A stretch of 64,000 bases of DNA. It comes from an uncultured bacterium (GTDB lineage: Bacteria > Cyanobacteriota > Vampirovibrionia > Gastranaerophilales > Gastranaerophilaceae). Shown piece after piece: positions 1 through 9,770 of the stretch. The notes under the pieces are model-generated. The model searched no databases. It was not told the origin of the DNA and saw only the letters and a program-made list of their open reading frames with translations. The DNA lies in assembly GCA_949283255.1 (NCBI GenBank), contig CASDRS010000001.1, forward strand, positions 51,749 through 115,748, read 5' to 3'. Made by a program: the position numbers and the translations under genes. Position 1 is the first letter of the stretch, and every line of letters starts with the position of its first letter.

Positions 1-20
1 AACAAAATATTTACAACGGT

Positions 21-881
21 TTAATTAAACAAAATTAATAAAGTTCCTCCAATTATCATAATAATGCTTCCTATAAGTTTCTTATTAATCTGAGTTTCAT
101 TGAAGAATTTCCAACCGAGGAATACACTCAATATTGTTGATAATTGGAATAGTGCAAGTGCGTAACTGACATTCATTCTTGCAAAAACAAAGTTTGTGCT
201 GTATTGCATTAATCCCATAAGACATATTATAAGGATATAGCGCTTTATAACATAGCGTTCTTTACATTTTGAGGCTTGTTTGCGCAATAGTACGATCCCA
301 AAAGTAAAGACCATTCCAAAAAAGCTCCAAAACAAAAATGAAGTCGTAATATCACTTTGAAGGATTACATTTTTGATAAACACTGCCTCAATTGCCGTAA
401 AAATAAGTGCATATATTCTGTATCGGATATCTTTGCGTGTTAGTAGTTTAATAGAAAATCCTTCTTCTTGTGTATCGAATATAAAATAGCTCCCAAAGAT
501 GATTAAGAATACTGCAAAAATTCCGAGTATTGTCGGGATTTCTTTAAGCAGAATTATTCCAAACAGCATTGCAACAACTGATTTATACGCATTAATCGGT
601 CCGAGCACTGAAAGATCTCCGCTCTCAAGAGCTTTTACAAGATAAGAATTTCCGAGAGCTCCGCATAGCCCGCCTAAAATTGCATTAATCCAAACTTGCG
701 GGCTGAGTTCTGTAAAATTGATTTGAGTTAAAAAAGGAATACATAAAATACTGAGCCCTAAGTACATAATAAAGTTTATGAAAAATGGGCTAATGCCTTT
801 TCCTGTCAACTGTTTTTGGTAAACGTTTGACATAGAGTTACTCAAAATTCTGATTAAAATTGCAATAGACGTCAGTATCAT
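21..881 (-). CDS. DMT/EamA-like membrane permease
   Basis: 286-aa ORF that is almost entirely hydrophobic helices, arranged as two similar halves, with no soluble domain. The family call rests on overall resemblance only. Confidence 0.55.
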   Translation of the reverse strand: MILTSIAILIRILSNSMSNVYQKQLTGKGISPFFINFIMYLGLSILCIPFLTQINFTELSPQVWINAILGGLCGALGNSYLVKALESGDLSVLGPINAYKSVVAMLFGIILLKEIPTILGIFAVFLIIFGSYFIFDTQEEGFSIKLLTRKDIRYRIYALIFTAIEAVFIKNVILQSDITTSFLFWSFFGMVFTFGIVLLRKQASKCKERYVIKRYILIICLMGLMQYSTNFVFARMNVSYALALFQLSTILSVFLGWKFFNETQINKKLIGSIIMIIGGTLLILFN

Positions 882-1080
882 AAGATTAATGATAATACAA
901 AATTACAAATTAATTTTATAACTGCATATTGCTAATTTATAAGCAGGCTTTTATTCATTAATAATCTATTAATAAAATCTTAAATCGCAGCTAAATAATT
1001 ATAAAAATATTAAAAAATCCATAATGTTGTCAATTTTATATTATTATAATAGTATAGATAAAATATACTTTGGAGATGTT

Positions 1081-2133
1081 ATGGAATATAAAGATTATTA
1101 TGATATATTAGGCGTAAAGCGTGATGCTACTGAGGCTGAGATAAAATCAGCTTACAGAAAATTAGCAAGAAAATATCACCCTGATGTTAACAAAACTAAA
1201 GATGCTGAAAGTAAGTTCAAAGATATCAATGAAGCTTATGAAGTTTTGGGCGATAAAGCAAAACGTCAGCGTTATGATAGTTTGGGCGCAAATTGGCAGG
1301 GCGGTCAAAGCTATACTCCACCTCCTGGATTTGAACAATTCGGATTTGGCTCATCTCAAGGCGGCGGCTATCAAAGCTTTAACTTTAACGGTCAAGATCT
1401 TGGCGGATTTTCCGACTTTTTCAGCTCATTGTTCGGTGATATGATGGGCGGAGGAGCTGCTCGTGCAGGCATGGGCGGGATGAATTTTGGCGGCTATGAT
1501 TTTTCAGGCGCTCAAAGAACTTCGTCAAGAACAAGACGTAAAGCTCAAACTCCACCTCCTGCGGATTTGGACATTACAAAAACTTTAAATATAACAGCAA
1601 AAGATGTGTTTAATCAAAAACCTGTTAGCGTAAGCTTTTCTGAAATGGAAAGATGTACTCAGTGTCCTCCTGGCGGCGGATATTGTTCTGCCTGCGGCGG
1701 TACGGGTATCAAAAACGTTACAAAATCAATAAAGGTTAAAATTCCTCCGGAAGTTAAAGATGGTCAGAAAATAAGACTTAAAGGCGAAGGAAAAACAGAT
1801 GCCTACGGTCGAGTAGGAGACTTGTACCTTATATTGAATTTTAAAGACAGCGAATATGATGTTAATGGAACCGATTTGACAAAAGAGGTAGAAATTACTC
1901 CACCTGAGGCTGTTTTGGGTTGCAAAAAAGATATAGTAACTCTTCACGGTACAGTCGGAATAAAAATCCCGCCAAAGACTTCTTCAGGTCAGATGTTAAG
2001 GCTTAAAAACTTAGGTTTGCCTAAAAAATCAGGCGGATACGGCAATCTGAACGCTAAGATTAAGATTGTTATCCCTAAAAACTTGAGCCAAAAGCAAATA
2101 GACTTGTACAAACAGCTTTATGCTGAGTCATAA
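1081..2133 (+). CDS. DnaJ-class (J-domain) co-chaperone, CbpA/DnaJ-like
   Basis: The J-domain reads DYYDILGV...[11 protein letters not shown]. It is followed by a G/F-rich linker, one Cys-rich zinc centre ([16 protein letters not shown]) and a C-terminal substrate-binding region. The ATG at 1081 is preceded by GGAG. The track ORF starts upstream at 1024. Confidence 0.85.
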   Translation: MEYKDYYDILGVKRDATEAEIKSAYRKLARKYHPDVNKTKDAESKFKDINEAYEVLGDKAKRQRYDSLGANWQGGQSYTPPPGFEQFGFGSSQGGGYQSFNFNGQDLGGFSDFFSSLFGDMMGGGAARAGMGGMNFGGYDFSGAQRTSSRTRRKAQTPPPADLDITKTLNITAKDVFNQKPVSVSFSEMERCTQCPPGGGYCSACGGTGIKNVTKSIKVKIPPEVKDGQKIRLKGEGKTDAYGRVGDLYLILNFKDSEYDVNGTDLTKEVEITPPEAVLGCKKDIVTLHGTVGIKIPPKTSSGQMLRLKNLGLPKKSGGYGNLNAKIKIVIPKNLSQKQIDLYKQLYAES

Positions 2134-2147
2134 AAATACATACTCCC

Positions 2148-2176
2148 TTGACAAAATTTTGAAATACTAAGACAAT
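2148..2176 (+). promoter_or_regulatory. putative sigma70-type promoter of the gcv operon
   Basis: TTGACA at 2148-2153, a 17-nt spacer, then GACAAT at 2171-2176, about 28 nt upstream of the gcvT ATG. Confidence 0.4.
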
Positions 2177-2203
2177 AGTAAAAAGTTAGGGGAGAATTTT
2201 TTT

Positions 2204-3307
2204 ATGACAAAAGAAACTTTTTTACACGAAAAGCATGTACAGTTGGGCGCAAAGATGGTAGATTTCGCCGGTTGGCATATGCCCGTTCAGTACACTTCAA
2301 TTATCGAAGAACACAACACTGTTAGAAACGCTGTTGGTCTCTTTGATGTGTCGCATATGGGAGAAGTTTTTGTGTCGGGAAAGGATTCTCTTGACTTTTT
2401 ACAAAGTGTTGTACCTCAAGATATTTCAAAACTTGCTTATGAAAAAGCTGTATATTGTCAATTACCAAAGCAAGACGGTGGTCTTATTGATGATTTGATA
2501 ATTTACAAGTTGGGCATAAATTACTATCTTGTAATTTGTAATGCGTCAAGGATTGATGAGGATTTGAACTGGTTAGTTAGAAACAGCAAGGGTTATGAAG
2601 TTAAGATAGATAACCAGTCTCACAATTATTCGCTTTTGGCTGTACAGGGGCCTAAGGCTGATGAGCTTTTGCGCAAGATGGGATTGGATACGCAGCAGGA
2701 GTCTTTTACCATAAAGCCTGCAAAATTGTGCAACCGTAAGCTTCTTGTTTCTCGTACAGGTTACACAGGAGAAGACGGGTATGAAATCCTTGTTGAAAAT
2801 AAATTTTCTGAAGAATTGTGGGATAAGGTTCTTGAGTATGGCAAAGAATTTGGAATAAAGCCTATTGGTTTGGGCGCAAGGGATACATTGAGACTTGAAG
2901 CTGCTTTGCATTTATACGGAAATGATTTGGATGAAAATACGACTCCTGTTGAAGCCGGTTTAAGTTGGTCCATTCCAAAAGATAAAGTTGCTGATTATAA
3001 CGGTAAATCAGTTATTATGGATCAGTTGAAAAACGGTGTCCAAAAGAAACTGATTGGTTTTAAGATGTTAGATAGAAATATTGCGCGTCATGGATATGAT
3101 GTATATTATAATGGTGAAAAGGTCGGGCATGTAACAAGCGGTTGTGTTTCACCGACTCTGGGCGAGAATATCGGGCTTGCTTATGTTAAAAATATTAAGG
3201 AAATTTGCACGGGTGCTCATATTCAAGTTATGATAAGGGAAAAATTGCATGACGCAGAGGTTGTTAAAAGACCTTTTGTTGCAAAAAGAAATAAAGTGAA
3301 AATATAG
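2204..3307 (+). CDS. gcvT: glycine cleavage system T protein (aminomethyltransferase)
   Basis: 367 aa. The N-terminus (HEKHVQLGAKMVDFAGWHMPVQY) and the segment RTGYTGEDGYEI are characteristic of GcvT. It sits in gcvT-H-PA synteny. Confidence 0.9.
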   Translation: MTKETFLHEKHVQLGAKMVDFAGWHMPVQYTSIIEEHNTVRNAVGLFDVSHMGEVFVSGKDSLDFLQSVVPQDISKLAYEKAVYCQLPKQDGGLIDDLIIYKLGINYYLVICNASRIDEDLNWLVRNSKGYEVKIDNQSHNYSLLAVQGPKADELLRKMGLDTQQESFTIKPAKLCNRKLLVSRTGYTGEDGYEILVENKFSEELWDKVLEYGKEFGIKPIGLGARDTLRLEAALHLYGNDLDENTTPVEAGLSWSIPKDKVADYNGKSVIMDQLKNGVQKKLIGFKMLDRNIARHGYDVYYNGEKVGHVTSGCVSPTLGENIGLAYVKNIKEICTGAHIQVMIREKLHDAEVVKRPFVAKRNKVKI

Positions 3308-3326
3308 ATAAATATAGGAGATCAAT

Positions 3327-3710
3327 ATGAGTTTTACAGAGAAAATGTTATGCTCAAAATCACATGAATACCTTTTAAAGAATGATGATGACACTTATAC
3401 TATCGGGCTTACTGATTATGCGGTTGAGCAGTTGGGTGATATTGTGTTTTTGGAGCTGCCTGAAGTTGATGCGGAATTTTCAAAGGGTGATACTTTTGCA
3501 ACTATAGAATCTGTGAAAGCTGCTTCGGAAATTTATATGCCAATCAGCGGTAAGGTTATAGATGTTAACTCGGTATTGGTTGATGAGCCTGAAATATTGA
3601 ATGAAGATGTTTATGAAAAAGGCTGGTTGATTAAGGTAGAGGCAACAGGAGATGCTTCTGAGCAAGATGATTTGCTTGAGTACGAAGATTATAAAGAAGA
3701 ATTGGAATAA
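3327..3710 (+). CDS. gcvH: glycine cleavage system H protein (lipoyl carrier)
   Basis: 127 aa with the lipoyl-lysine motif ESVKAASEIYMP. It lies between gcvT and gcvPA. Confidence 0.9.
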   Translation: MSFTEKMLCSKSHEYLLKNDDDTYTIGLTDYAVEQLGDIVFLELPEVDAEFSKGDTFATIESVKAASEIYMPISGKVIDVNSVLVDEPEILNEDVYEKGWLIKVEATGDASEQDDLLEYEDYKEELE

Positions 3711-3712
3711 TA

Positions 3713-4963
3713 ATGAAGAATTTTTTAGTACATAATGAAAATGCAAAGAAGGAAATGCTCCGTGATATAGGAGTCGATAGCATTAGCGATTTGTTTAAGC
3801 AGATCGCCAGTGAAGCTAGAATGGGCAGCCTTGAATTGGGTAATGCTCTGAGTGAGTTAGAGGTTCAAAGGAAGGTAAAAGGACTTGCCGCTAAGAATAA
3901 AACGGATTTTATAAGCTTTGTTGGTGGCGGAGTATATAACAAGTTCGTTCCGGCTTGTATATCGCAAGTCGCAAACAGATTTGAGTTTTTGACGGCATAC
4001 ACTCCTTATCAGGCAGAAGTTGCTCAAGGAACTTTGCAGATTATGTACGAATTCCAAACTATGATTTCAAGACTTACAGGTATGGATATCGCAAATGCAA
4101 CAGTATATGACGGTGCAACGGCTTGTGCTGAAGCTATATTGATGGCTGCAAGAATCAATAAGAAGTCAAATAAGTTTTTGGTGTCAAAGAATATCAATCC
4201 TGAGTATTTAAGAGTTATAAAAACTTATGCTTGGGCTTCTGACATCGAAATAGAGATTTTTGATAAGCTACCGCAAAATACGTCAGAATATATCGGGGTT
4301 TTAGTCCAAACTCCTGATTATTACGGTGAAATACAGGAAATAAGTAAGCCTGAAGGCACATTATTGGTTGTTTGTGTTGATTTGTCTACATTATCAATAT
4401 TAAAACCGCCTTCAGAATATGATGCGGATATTGTTGTTGCAGATATTCAGACATTGGGTATTCCAATGAGTTTTGGTGGCCCTCATGCGGGTGTTATTGC
4501 TTGTAAAGATAAGTATATGCGTCAGATGCCGGGCAGGCTTGCTGGGCGTACCGTTGATAAAGACGGGGAGCAGGCGTTTACTTTGACTATCCAGACTCGT
4601 GAGCAGCATATAAAAAGAGAAAAAGCTACAAGTAACATTTGTTCTAATCAGGCTTTGATGGGACTTTGGGCTACTTTATATTTGAGTCTTATGGGCGAGA
4701 AGGGCTTTAGACAGGCTGGATATTTGTCCGCAAAGGGTGCGCATAAGCTTGCTGACGGCTTGATTAAAAAGGGTTACAAAGTATTGAATGAGAATTTCTT
4801 CAATGAATTTGTTGCTGATGTCGCTGATGCGGATAAGTTTTTAAGTGCGTTGAAGGCAAAGAATATTCTCGGAGGTATAAAACTTGATAGCAGAAAAGTT
4901 CTTATTGCTGTTACAGAGATGAATTCGGAAGAGGATATTCAGCTTTATTTGAGTGCTGTCTAA
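3713..4963 (+). CDS. gcvPA: glycine dehydrogenase (decarboxylating) subunit 1
   Basis: 416 aa. It carries FLTAYTPYQAEVAQGTLQ, typical of the N-terminal half of the P protein, and starts 2 nt after the gcvH stop. Confidence 0.9.
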   Translation: MKNFLVHNENAKKEMLRDIGVDSISDLFKQIASEARMGSLELGNALSELEVQRKVKGLAAKNKTDFISFVGGGVYNKFVPACISQVANRFEFLTAYTPYQAEVAQGTLQIMYEFQTMISRLTGMDIANATVYDGATACAEAILMAARINKKSNKFLVSKNINPEYLRVIKTYAWASDIEIEIFDKLPQNTSEYIGVLVQTPDYYGEIQEISKPEGTLLVVCVDLSTLSILKPPSEYDADIVVADIQTLGIPMSFGGPHAGVIACKDKYMRQMPGRLAGRTVDKDGEQAFTLTIQTREQHIKREKATSNICSNQALMGLWATLYLSLMGEKGFRQAGYLSAKGAHKLADGLIKKGYKVLNENFFNEFVADVADADKFLSALKAKNILGGIKLDSRKVLIAVTEMNSEEDIQLYLSAV

Positions 4964-5064
4964 GTTTGTAACAGTTTTGTAATATTCAGCATATTTTTAT
5001 TAAGTTTTTTGGAAATTATCCGTAAATAGTAATGTATGGATATCAGACTTGTAAAGGAGTTAAT

Positions 5065-5307
5065 ATGTTTCCAAAAAATGAATTTGATTTAACAGATTTT
5101 TATTTTTTGAATGACATTAATGTAAACAACAGAATGTCATCTGAAGAATTGTCTGCTTTACAGGATTCATTTGCTCAAAATGCTGTGCCTGATGATGTTA
5201 TTGAGATTTCAGATGCATCAGGTGAGAAAAATCCTGTAAGTTATACGTATGCAAAGTTTATTGAAATTCTTGATACGAAAGGTCTTTCAGGACTTGTAAA
5301 TGCTTAG
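5065..5307 (+). CDS. hypothetical small acidic protein
   Basis: The ATG at 5065 is preceded by AAAGGAG. 80 aa with no recognisable motif. It occupies the slot upstream of rsmH where mraZ usually sits, but it is not MraZ-like. Confidence 0.4.
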   Translation: MFPKNEFDLTDFYFLNDINVNNRMSSEELSALQDSFAQNAVPDDVIEISDASGEKNPVSYTYAKFIEILDTKGLSGLVNA

Positions 5308-5351
5308 TAACAAATTAAGCATATCGGATTTTTCCATGTTAGAATTTTTAT

Positions 5352-6284
5352 ATGGAAGAATTTAAGCATTATACAGTAATGAAAAATGAGGCCGTAGATG
5401 CCCTTGAATGTAAAGATGGTCTTATTTATGTCGATTGTACCCTTGGTGGTGGCGGTCATAGCGAGTTAATATTACAAAGAATTCAGCCAAATGGCAGGTT
5501 GATAGCTTTTGACGTTGATGATGATGCAATAAATGCTTCAAAAGAACGCTTGAAAGATTACAAAAACTTAACAATAGTAAAGAATTCTTATGCAAATATT
5601 AAGGAAGTTTTACACGATCTCGGTATTGAAAAAATCACAGGCGGCGTGCTGTTTGACTTGGGGGCTTCGTATCATCAGTTGACAAAAGGTGAGAGAGGCT
5701 TTTCCTTTTCAAAAGATGCTCCGCTTGATATGCGTTTTGATCAGGAGGCGGATTTTACTGCGTATGATGTTGTAAACACTTACTCTGAGGATGATTTGGT
5801 TCGTATATTTTCGGAGTATGGAGAAGAAAGATTTTCAAAAAGAATTGCAAAAAAAATTGTTGAGTCAAGAAGGGTTAAAAAGCTTGAAACAACAAAAGAA
5901 TTGGCTGATTTAATAGTTGGTTGTACTCCGAGAGTAAAATCGTCTATACACCCTGCTACAAGGGTGTTTCAGGCTATCAGGATTGAGGTCAATCAAGAGT
6001 TAACAAATGTAAAAAATACATTGAATGATGTGTTGGATTTATTAGAGGTTGGTGCTATAATAAGTGTAATAAGTTTTCACTCTCTGGAAGACAGAATAGT
6101 GAAACACTTGTTCAAATACCATTCTCAAAAGTGTCATTGTGCTAAAAATCAGATGATATGCACGTGTCCACCGCCGAGATTGGAACTGGTAAATAAAAAG
6201 CCAATAATGGCTTCGGAGCAGGAGATAAGGGAGAATCCCCCGTCAAGAAGCGCTAAGTTGCGAGTTGCCAGATGTATTAATTAA
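5352..6284 (+). CDS. rsmH: 16S rRNA (cytosine1402-N4)-methyltransferase
   Basis: 310 aa. The SAM-binding motif is DCTLGGGGHS, and FHSLEDRIVK and the C-terminal NPPSRSAKLR are typical of RsmH/MraW. Confidence 0.9.
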   Translation: MEEFKHYTVMKNEAVDALECKDGLIYVDCTLGGGGHSELILQRIQPNGRLIAFDVDDDAINASKERLKDYKNLTIVKNSYANIKEVLHDLGIEKITGGVLFDLGASYHQLTKGERGFSFSKDAPLDMRFDQEADFTAYDVVNTYSEDDLVRIFSEYGEERFSKRIAKKIVESRRVKKLETTKELADLIVGCTPRVKSSIHPATRVFQAIRIEVNQELTNVKNTLNDVLDLLEVGAIISVISFHSLEDRIVKHLFKYHSQKCHCAKNQMICTCPPPRLELVNKKPIMASEQEIRENPPSRSAKLRVARCIN

Positions 6285-6327
6285 TGAATCAGAGTTGTGT
6301 TAGAAGATAATTGGGGAAGTAGTAAAA

Positions 6328-6792
6328 TTGAATACAGCAAAAGCTAGAGTAAGAGACGGTTATTACAATAATTACCAACAGCGGGAAGAGTTTATAACAG
6401 AACAGGCTGAGAAGGCTCCTATAATCGAAGGATACTTTTTCAAGGAGAACTTGATGAAAGAGATGGCAATCAGAAAATTGAATATGACATTATGCACCAT
6501 TCTCGGTTTTTTGGTTGTGGTTGCTTTTGTGAGCTACTATTTTGAAATGTCTAATGAGATTACATTGAATACACTTTCTCGTCAGGTAACTACGTTGAAT
6601 GATGAAAATGCAGAACTTCAAAATCATTTGGATAGATTGAAATCTTTTAACAATGTTGATAGCAAGATGGCTCAGCAGAACCTTTTGCAAAAGGCTGCAA
6701 AGGTTATAGAAGTCCCTGCGATTGCTTCAAATGTAAGCCTTGAAAAGAAAAAAGATCTAACAAGCACTGTTGATTGGTCAATTGGTTATTAA
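6328..6792 (+). CDS. FtsL/DivIC-like bitopic coiled-coil division protein (tentative)
   Basis: A single TM helix (LCTILGFLVVVAFVSYYF) is followed by a leucine-zipper-like stretch (LNDENAELQNHLDRLKS). The gene sits directly after rsmH. It has a TTG start with GGGGAAG 8 nt upstream. Sequence similarity to FtsL is not demonstrable by eye. Confidence 0.45.
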   Translation: MNTAKARVRDGYYNNYQQREEFITEQAEKAPIIEGYFFKENLMKEMAIRKLNMTLCTILGFLVVVAFVSYYFEMSNEITLNTLSRQVTTLNDENAELQNHLDRLKSFNNVDSKMAQQNLLQKAAKVIEVPAIASNVSLEKKKDLTSTVDWSIGY

Positions 6793-6853
6793 TATTTTTT
6801 AACAATAGTAAAATCGATGGCAAAAATTTGAAGGGTTATGTTTTAATAATAGT

Positions 6854-7408
6854 ATGGGAAAAAGATTTTTATTAATATTATTTTCATTGTTTATGTTTGC
6901 CGGTAGCGCTTTTGCTTACGGTTATCCGCGTTGGTTCACAATGCCTATTTCGGTTTATATTCCAAAACAGGAAGAAGGAGTTGTTGTTGCAGGTGCCTTT
7001 AAATCTTGGCAAACAGGTACAAAATCTTGTGTAAGATTTTTGTTGAGGAATTCTAAAAATCTGGCTTCTATTTCAAATATAAATGTAGTTTTTGTAGATG
7101 CCCCAATAAATGACAAATTATATTTTGTTCGTCATAGATTTTCACAGTTTGGCGGTTGCAGAAACTGCGGTAACAGATTTTATAATAATTCTGATATTAT
7201 TATTTCTCTTAAAGATAAGGATGGTAAAGATTTGTCTACAAGTCAGTTGCGAGCTGTAGCTATTCAGGCTGTTGGACGTGCTGTCGGACTTAATCTTAAT
7301 GAAGATAAAAATAGCGTAATGTATGAGGAGACTGATTTTTCTAACTCTAGTATAACTCCTGATGCAGTTCAATCGGTTTATAATTTATATAAACCGTCTC
7401 GTCGATAG
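6854..7408 (+). CDS. secreted matrixin (M10)-like protein with all catalytic residues substituted
   Basis: Signal peptide ...AGSAFA. The matrixin layout is RW..ISVYI, AFKSWQ..VRF, NINVVFVD, then VAIQAVGRAVGLNLNEDKNSVMY in place of VAxHExGHxLGLxHSxxxxSVMY, then PDAVQSVYNLY. Confidence 0.6.
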   Translation: MGKRFLLILFSLFMFAGSAFAYGYPRWFTMPISVYIPKQEEGVVVAGAFKSWQTGTKSCVRFLLRNSKNLASISNINVVFVDAPINDKLYFVRHRFSQFGGCRNCGNRFYNNSDIIISLKDKDGKDLSTSQLRAVAIQAVGRAVGLNLNEDKNSVMYEETDFSNSSITPDAVQSVYNLYKPSRR

Positions 7409-7457
7409 TTTTTCTCGTTTTTCTGGTTGATATTTTCACCATTTTGGTTGGGAATGT

Positions 7458-7486
7458 TTGAATTTTTATAGCGAATATTGTATAAT
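7458..7486 (+). promoter_or_regulatory. putative sigma70-type promoter
   Basis: TTGAAT at 7458-7463, a 17-nt spacer, then a perfect TATAAT at 7481-7486, upstream of the symporter gene. Confidence 0.4.
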
Positions 7487-7533
7487 ATACAGGTCATAAA
7501 CATACTAGTATAGAATTTAAGAGGACATTAAAG

Positions 7534-8865
7534 ATGAAAGATTCAAAGATACAGATGCAGATACTAATAGCTCTCGGTTTGGGCTTGAAACGTAACTGGC
7601 ATATCTTTTTTGGGATTATTGCCGGTATTGTTGTAGGTATATTTTTACATGCGCATCCTTATCCGGCTCTTTCCGCTTTATTGAATTTTATTGGTCAGGT
7701 ATTTATAAGACTAATTCAAATGATAGTAATTCCTCTTGTGGTTTCTGCAATTGTTATAGGTATAACGAGTATTGGTGATAATAAGCAACTTGGTAAATTT
7801 GGTACAAAGATGGTTTTGTATTACGGAATTATCACGGTTGCGGCTGTTACTATCGGAACAATCTTAGCTTTGGTATTTAAACCTGGATTGGGTGCTGCGC
7901 ATTACATTGCAGCTAATACCGCAAGCGAAGTTCAAGCATCTGTTGCTTCTGCTATGGCTCAACAGCAGGGACATATATTGAGTATGTTTTTAGATTTTAT
8001 TCCAAGTAATCCTTTGAATGCTTTGGCTCACGGAAATATGGTTGCAATTATTGTATTCGTTTTGATTTTTGCAATTGCGTTGGCTAAAGTTGGAGATGTT
8101 AGCAGACCTATAGTTTCGTTCTTTGAATCTGTTTTTGCTGCTACTATGAAGATTACTGATTGGATTATGTTTTTAGCAGCTCCTGGTGTTTTTGCTTTAA
8201 CTGCGTCTGCTGTTACAAGTTTTGGTATGGATATTTTTGCAAGTATTTCTAAATATTTATTAGTTTTAGCTATTGGATTTTTCATCCAGATGTTTATTGT
8301 TTATCCGATTTTCCTTAGATGTTTTTCTAAGGTTTCTATTTGGATGTTGTATTCCGCTATAGCTGAAGCTATGATGGTTGCATTCGGTACTGCAAGTTCT
8401 TCTGCTACTTTACCTTTGACTATTGCTTGTTGTGAGAAAAGAGGTATTTCGCATAAGATTTCAAGCTTTGTATTACCTTTGGGCGCAACATTGAATATGG
8501 ATGGAACTGCTTTATTGCAAGTTGTGGCTGTTATATTCTTAGCTCAGGCTTACGGTGTTCCGCTTTCACCGTTCTTGTTAGTTCAAATTGCTTTGTTAGC
8601 GATTATTGCTTCTAGCACAAGTGCGGGTATTTCAGGAGCCGGATTAATTACTATTGCTCTTATTTTGAATGGTATGGGATTGAGTCCTGAACAGCTTGTT
8701 GCAGGGTTTGCATTCCTGTTCACTATTGAAAGAGTTACGGATATGATGAGAACATTGGTTAATGTTACATCGGATGCGGTTGTTGTTGCGGCAATTGCTG
8801 ATAATGAAAATGAAATCAATTATGATTTGTTCAACAATCCTGAAGCTTATGAGGAAATTGCATAA
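7534..8865 (+). CDS. dicarboxylate/amino acid:cation symporter (DAACS family, GltP/GltT-like)
   Basis: 443-aa polytopic protein. AFGTASSSATLP and LNMDGTAL are hallmark segments of the sodium:dicarboxylate symporter family. Confidence 0.85.
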   Translation: MKDSKIQMQILIALGLGLKRNWHIFFGIIAGIVVGIFLHAHPYPALSALLNFIGQVFIRLIQMIVIPLVVSAIVIGITSIGDNKQLGKFGTKMVLYYGIITVAAVTIGTILALVFKPGLGAAHYIAANTASEVQASVASAMAQQQGHILSMFLDFIPSNPLNALAHGNMVAIIVFVLIFAIALAKVGDVSRPIVSFFESVFAATMKITDWIMFLAAPGVFALTASAVTSFGMDIFASISKYLLVLAIGFFIQMFIVYPIFLRCFSKVSIWMLYSAIAEAMMVAFGTASSSATLPLTIACCEKRGISHKISSFVLPLGATLNMDGTALLQVVAVIFLAQAYGVPLSPFLLVQIALLAIIASSTSAGISGAGLITIALILNGMGLSPEQLVAGFAFLFTIERVTDMMRTLVNVTSDAVVVAAIADNENEINYDLFNNPEAYEEIA

Positions 8866-8870
8866 GAGTT

Positions 8871-9770
8871 ATGTCCGGTAAGACTGATGAGATTGCAGGT
8901 AAATTTTTAGGCAAGAAGGTGTCTGGCAGTTCGTCCTATGACCCTTCTTTGCTTGTTGCTGTTCCAAGGATTGAGAACAGAAAGCAGTATAATATAGATA
9001 ATGAAAATTTACCATTTGAAGGTTTTGATGTTTGGCATCTTTATGAGTTTTCTGCCTTAACTGAAAAGGGTTTGCCTGTTACAAGAGTATTGAAGATTAA
9101 GTATAGTTGTAATAGTGATTTTATTGTTGAATCAAAATCGTTAAAGTTATACTTAAATTCATTTAATATGTCTCGTTTTGGAAATACTGTTGAGGATTGT
9201 ATTAAAACTTGTTGTGAAAAAATAAAGCAAGATTTGAGTAGGAAACTGGAGACCACCGTTGAAATTGGAGTTTTAGACTCTAAAATTAGACCAAGTTTTA
9301 TATTTTCTGACTATAAGAATTTGATGGAAGTTGCTGATGTTTCTAAAATTGAGGTAACAAAATTTAAGGAGGCTCCCGAACTTCTGGAAGTCGAAAATAT
9401 CGGAAAAAGATTGGAATACCGTTTAAGTTTTGACTCATTACGTTCTAACTGCAGAGTTACTCATCAGCCTGATTTTGGTGATGTGTTTATTTATTACAAA
9501 TCCTGCAAGCACATAAAGGAAGAAAGTTTAATAAAATATTTGAGCTCATTTAGATCGGAATATCATTTTCATGAAGAGTGTTGTGAGATGATATATAAGC
9601 GCATGTATGATTTGCTTGATAGAGAAGATGAGCTTTTGGTTAGTGCATTGTATACTCGTCGCGGTGGAATTGATATTTGTCCTGCACGTTGGAGCAAAAA
9701 CTGTAGTGTCGAGGATATTAGTTTGCTTGCTGATATTAGTAAACTTGCAAGATGTGGTATAAAACAGTGA
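8871..9770 (+). CDS. queF: NADPH-dependent 7-cyano-7-deazaguanine (preQ0) reductase, two-domain type
   Basis: 299 aa with the QueF motif VESKSLKLYLNSF and the later catalytic region CRVTHQPDFGDV. The length fits the bimodular YqcD-type enzyme. Confidence 0.8.
   Translation: MSGKTDEIAGKFLGKKVSGSSSYDPSLLVAVPRIENRKQYNIDNENLPFEGFDVWHLYEFSALTEKGLPVTRVLKIKYSCNSDFIVESKSLKLYLNSFNMSRFGNTVEDCIKTCCEKIKQDLSRKLETTVEIGVLDSKIRPSFIFSDYKNLMEVADVSKIEVTKFKEAPELLEVENIGKRLEYRLSFDSLRSNCRVTHQPDFGDVFIYYKSCKHIKEESLIKYLSSFRSEYHFHEECCEMIYKRMYDLLDREDELLVSALYTRRGGIDICPARWSKNCSVEDISLLADISKLARCGIKQ

Noticed and set aside
2134-2203. Possible glycine riboswitch upstream of gcvT.
   Set aside because: The gap is only 70 nt and is largely filled by a promoter-like element and the SD. 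That is too short for even a single glycine aptamer, and no conserved aptamer core is visible.
8866-8870. preQ1 riboswitch upstream of queF.
   Set aside because: queF starts 5 nt after the preceding stop codon, so there is no room for an aptamer.
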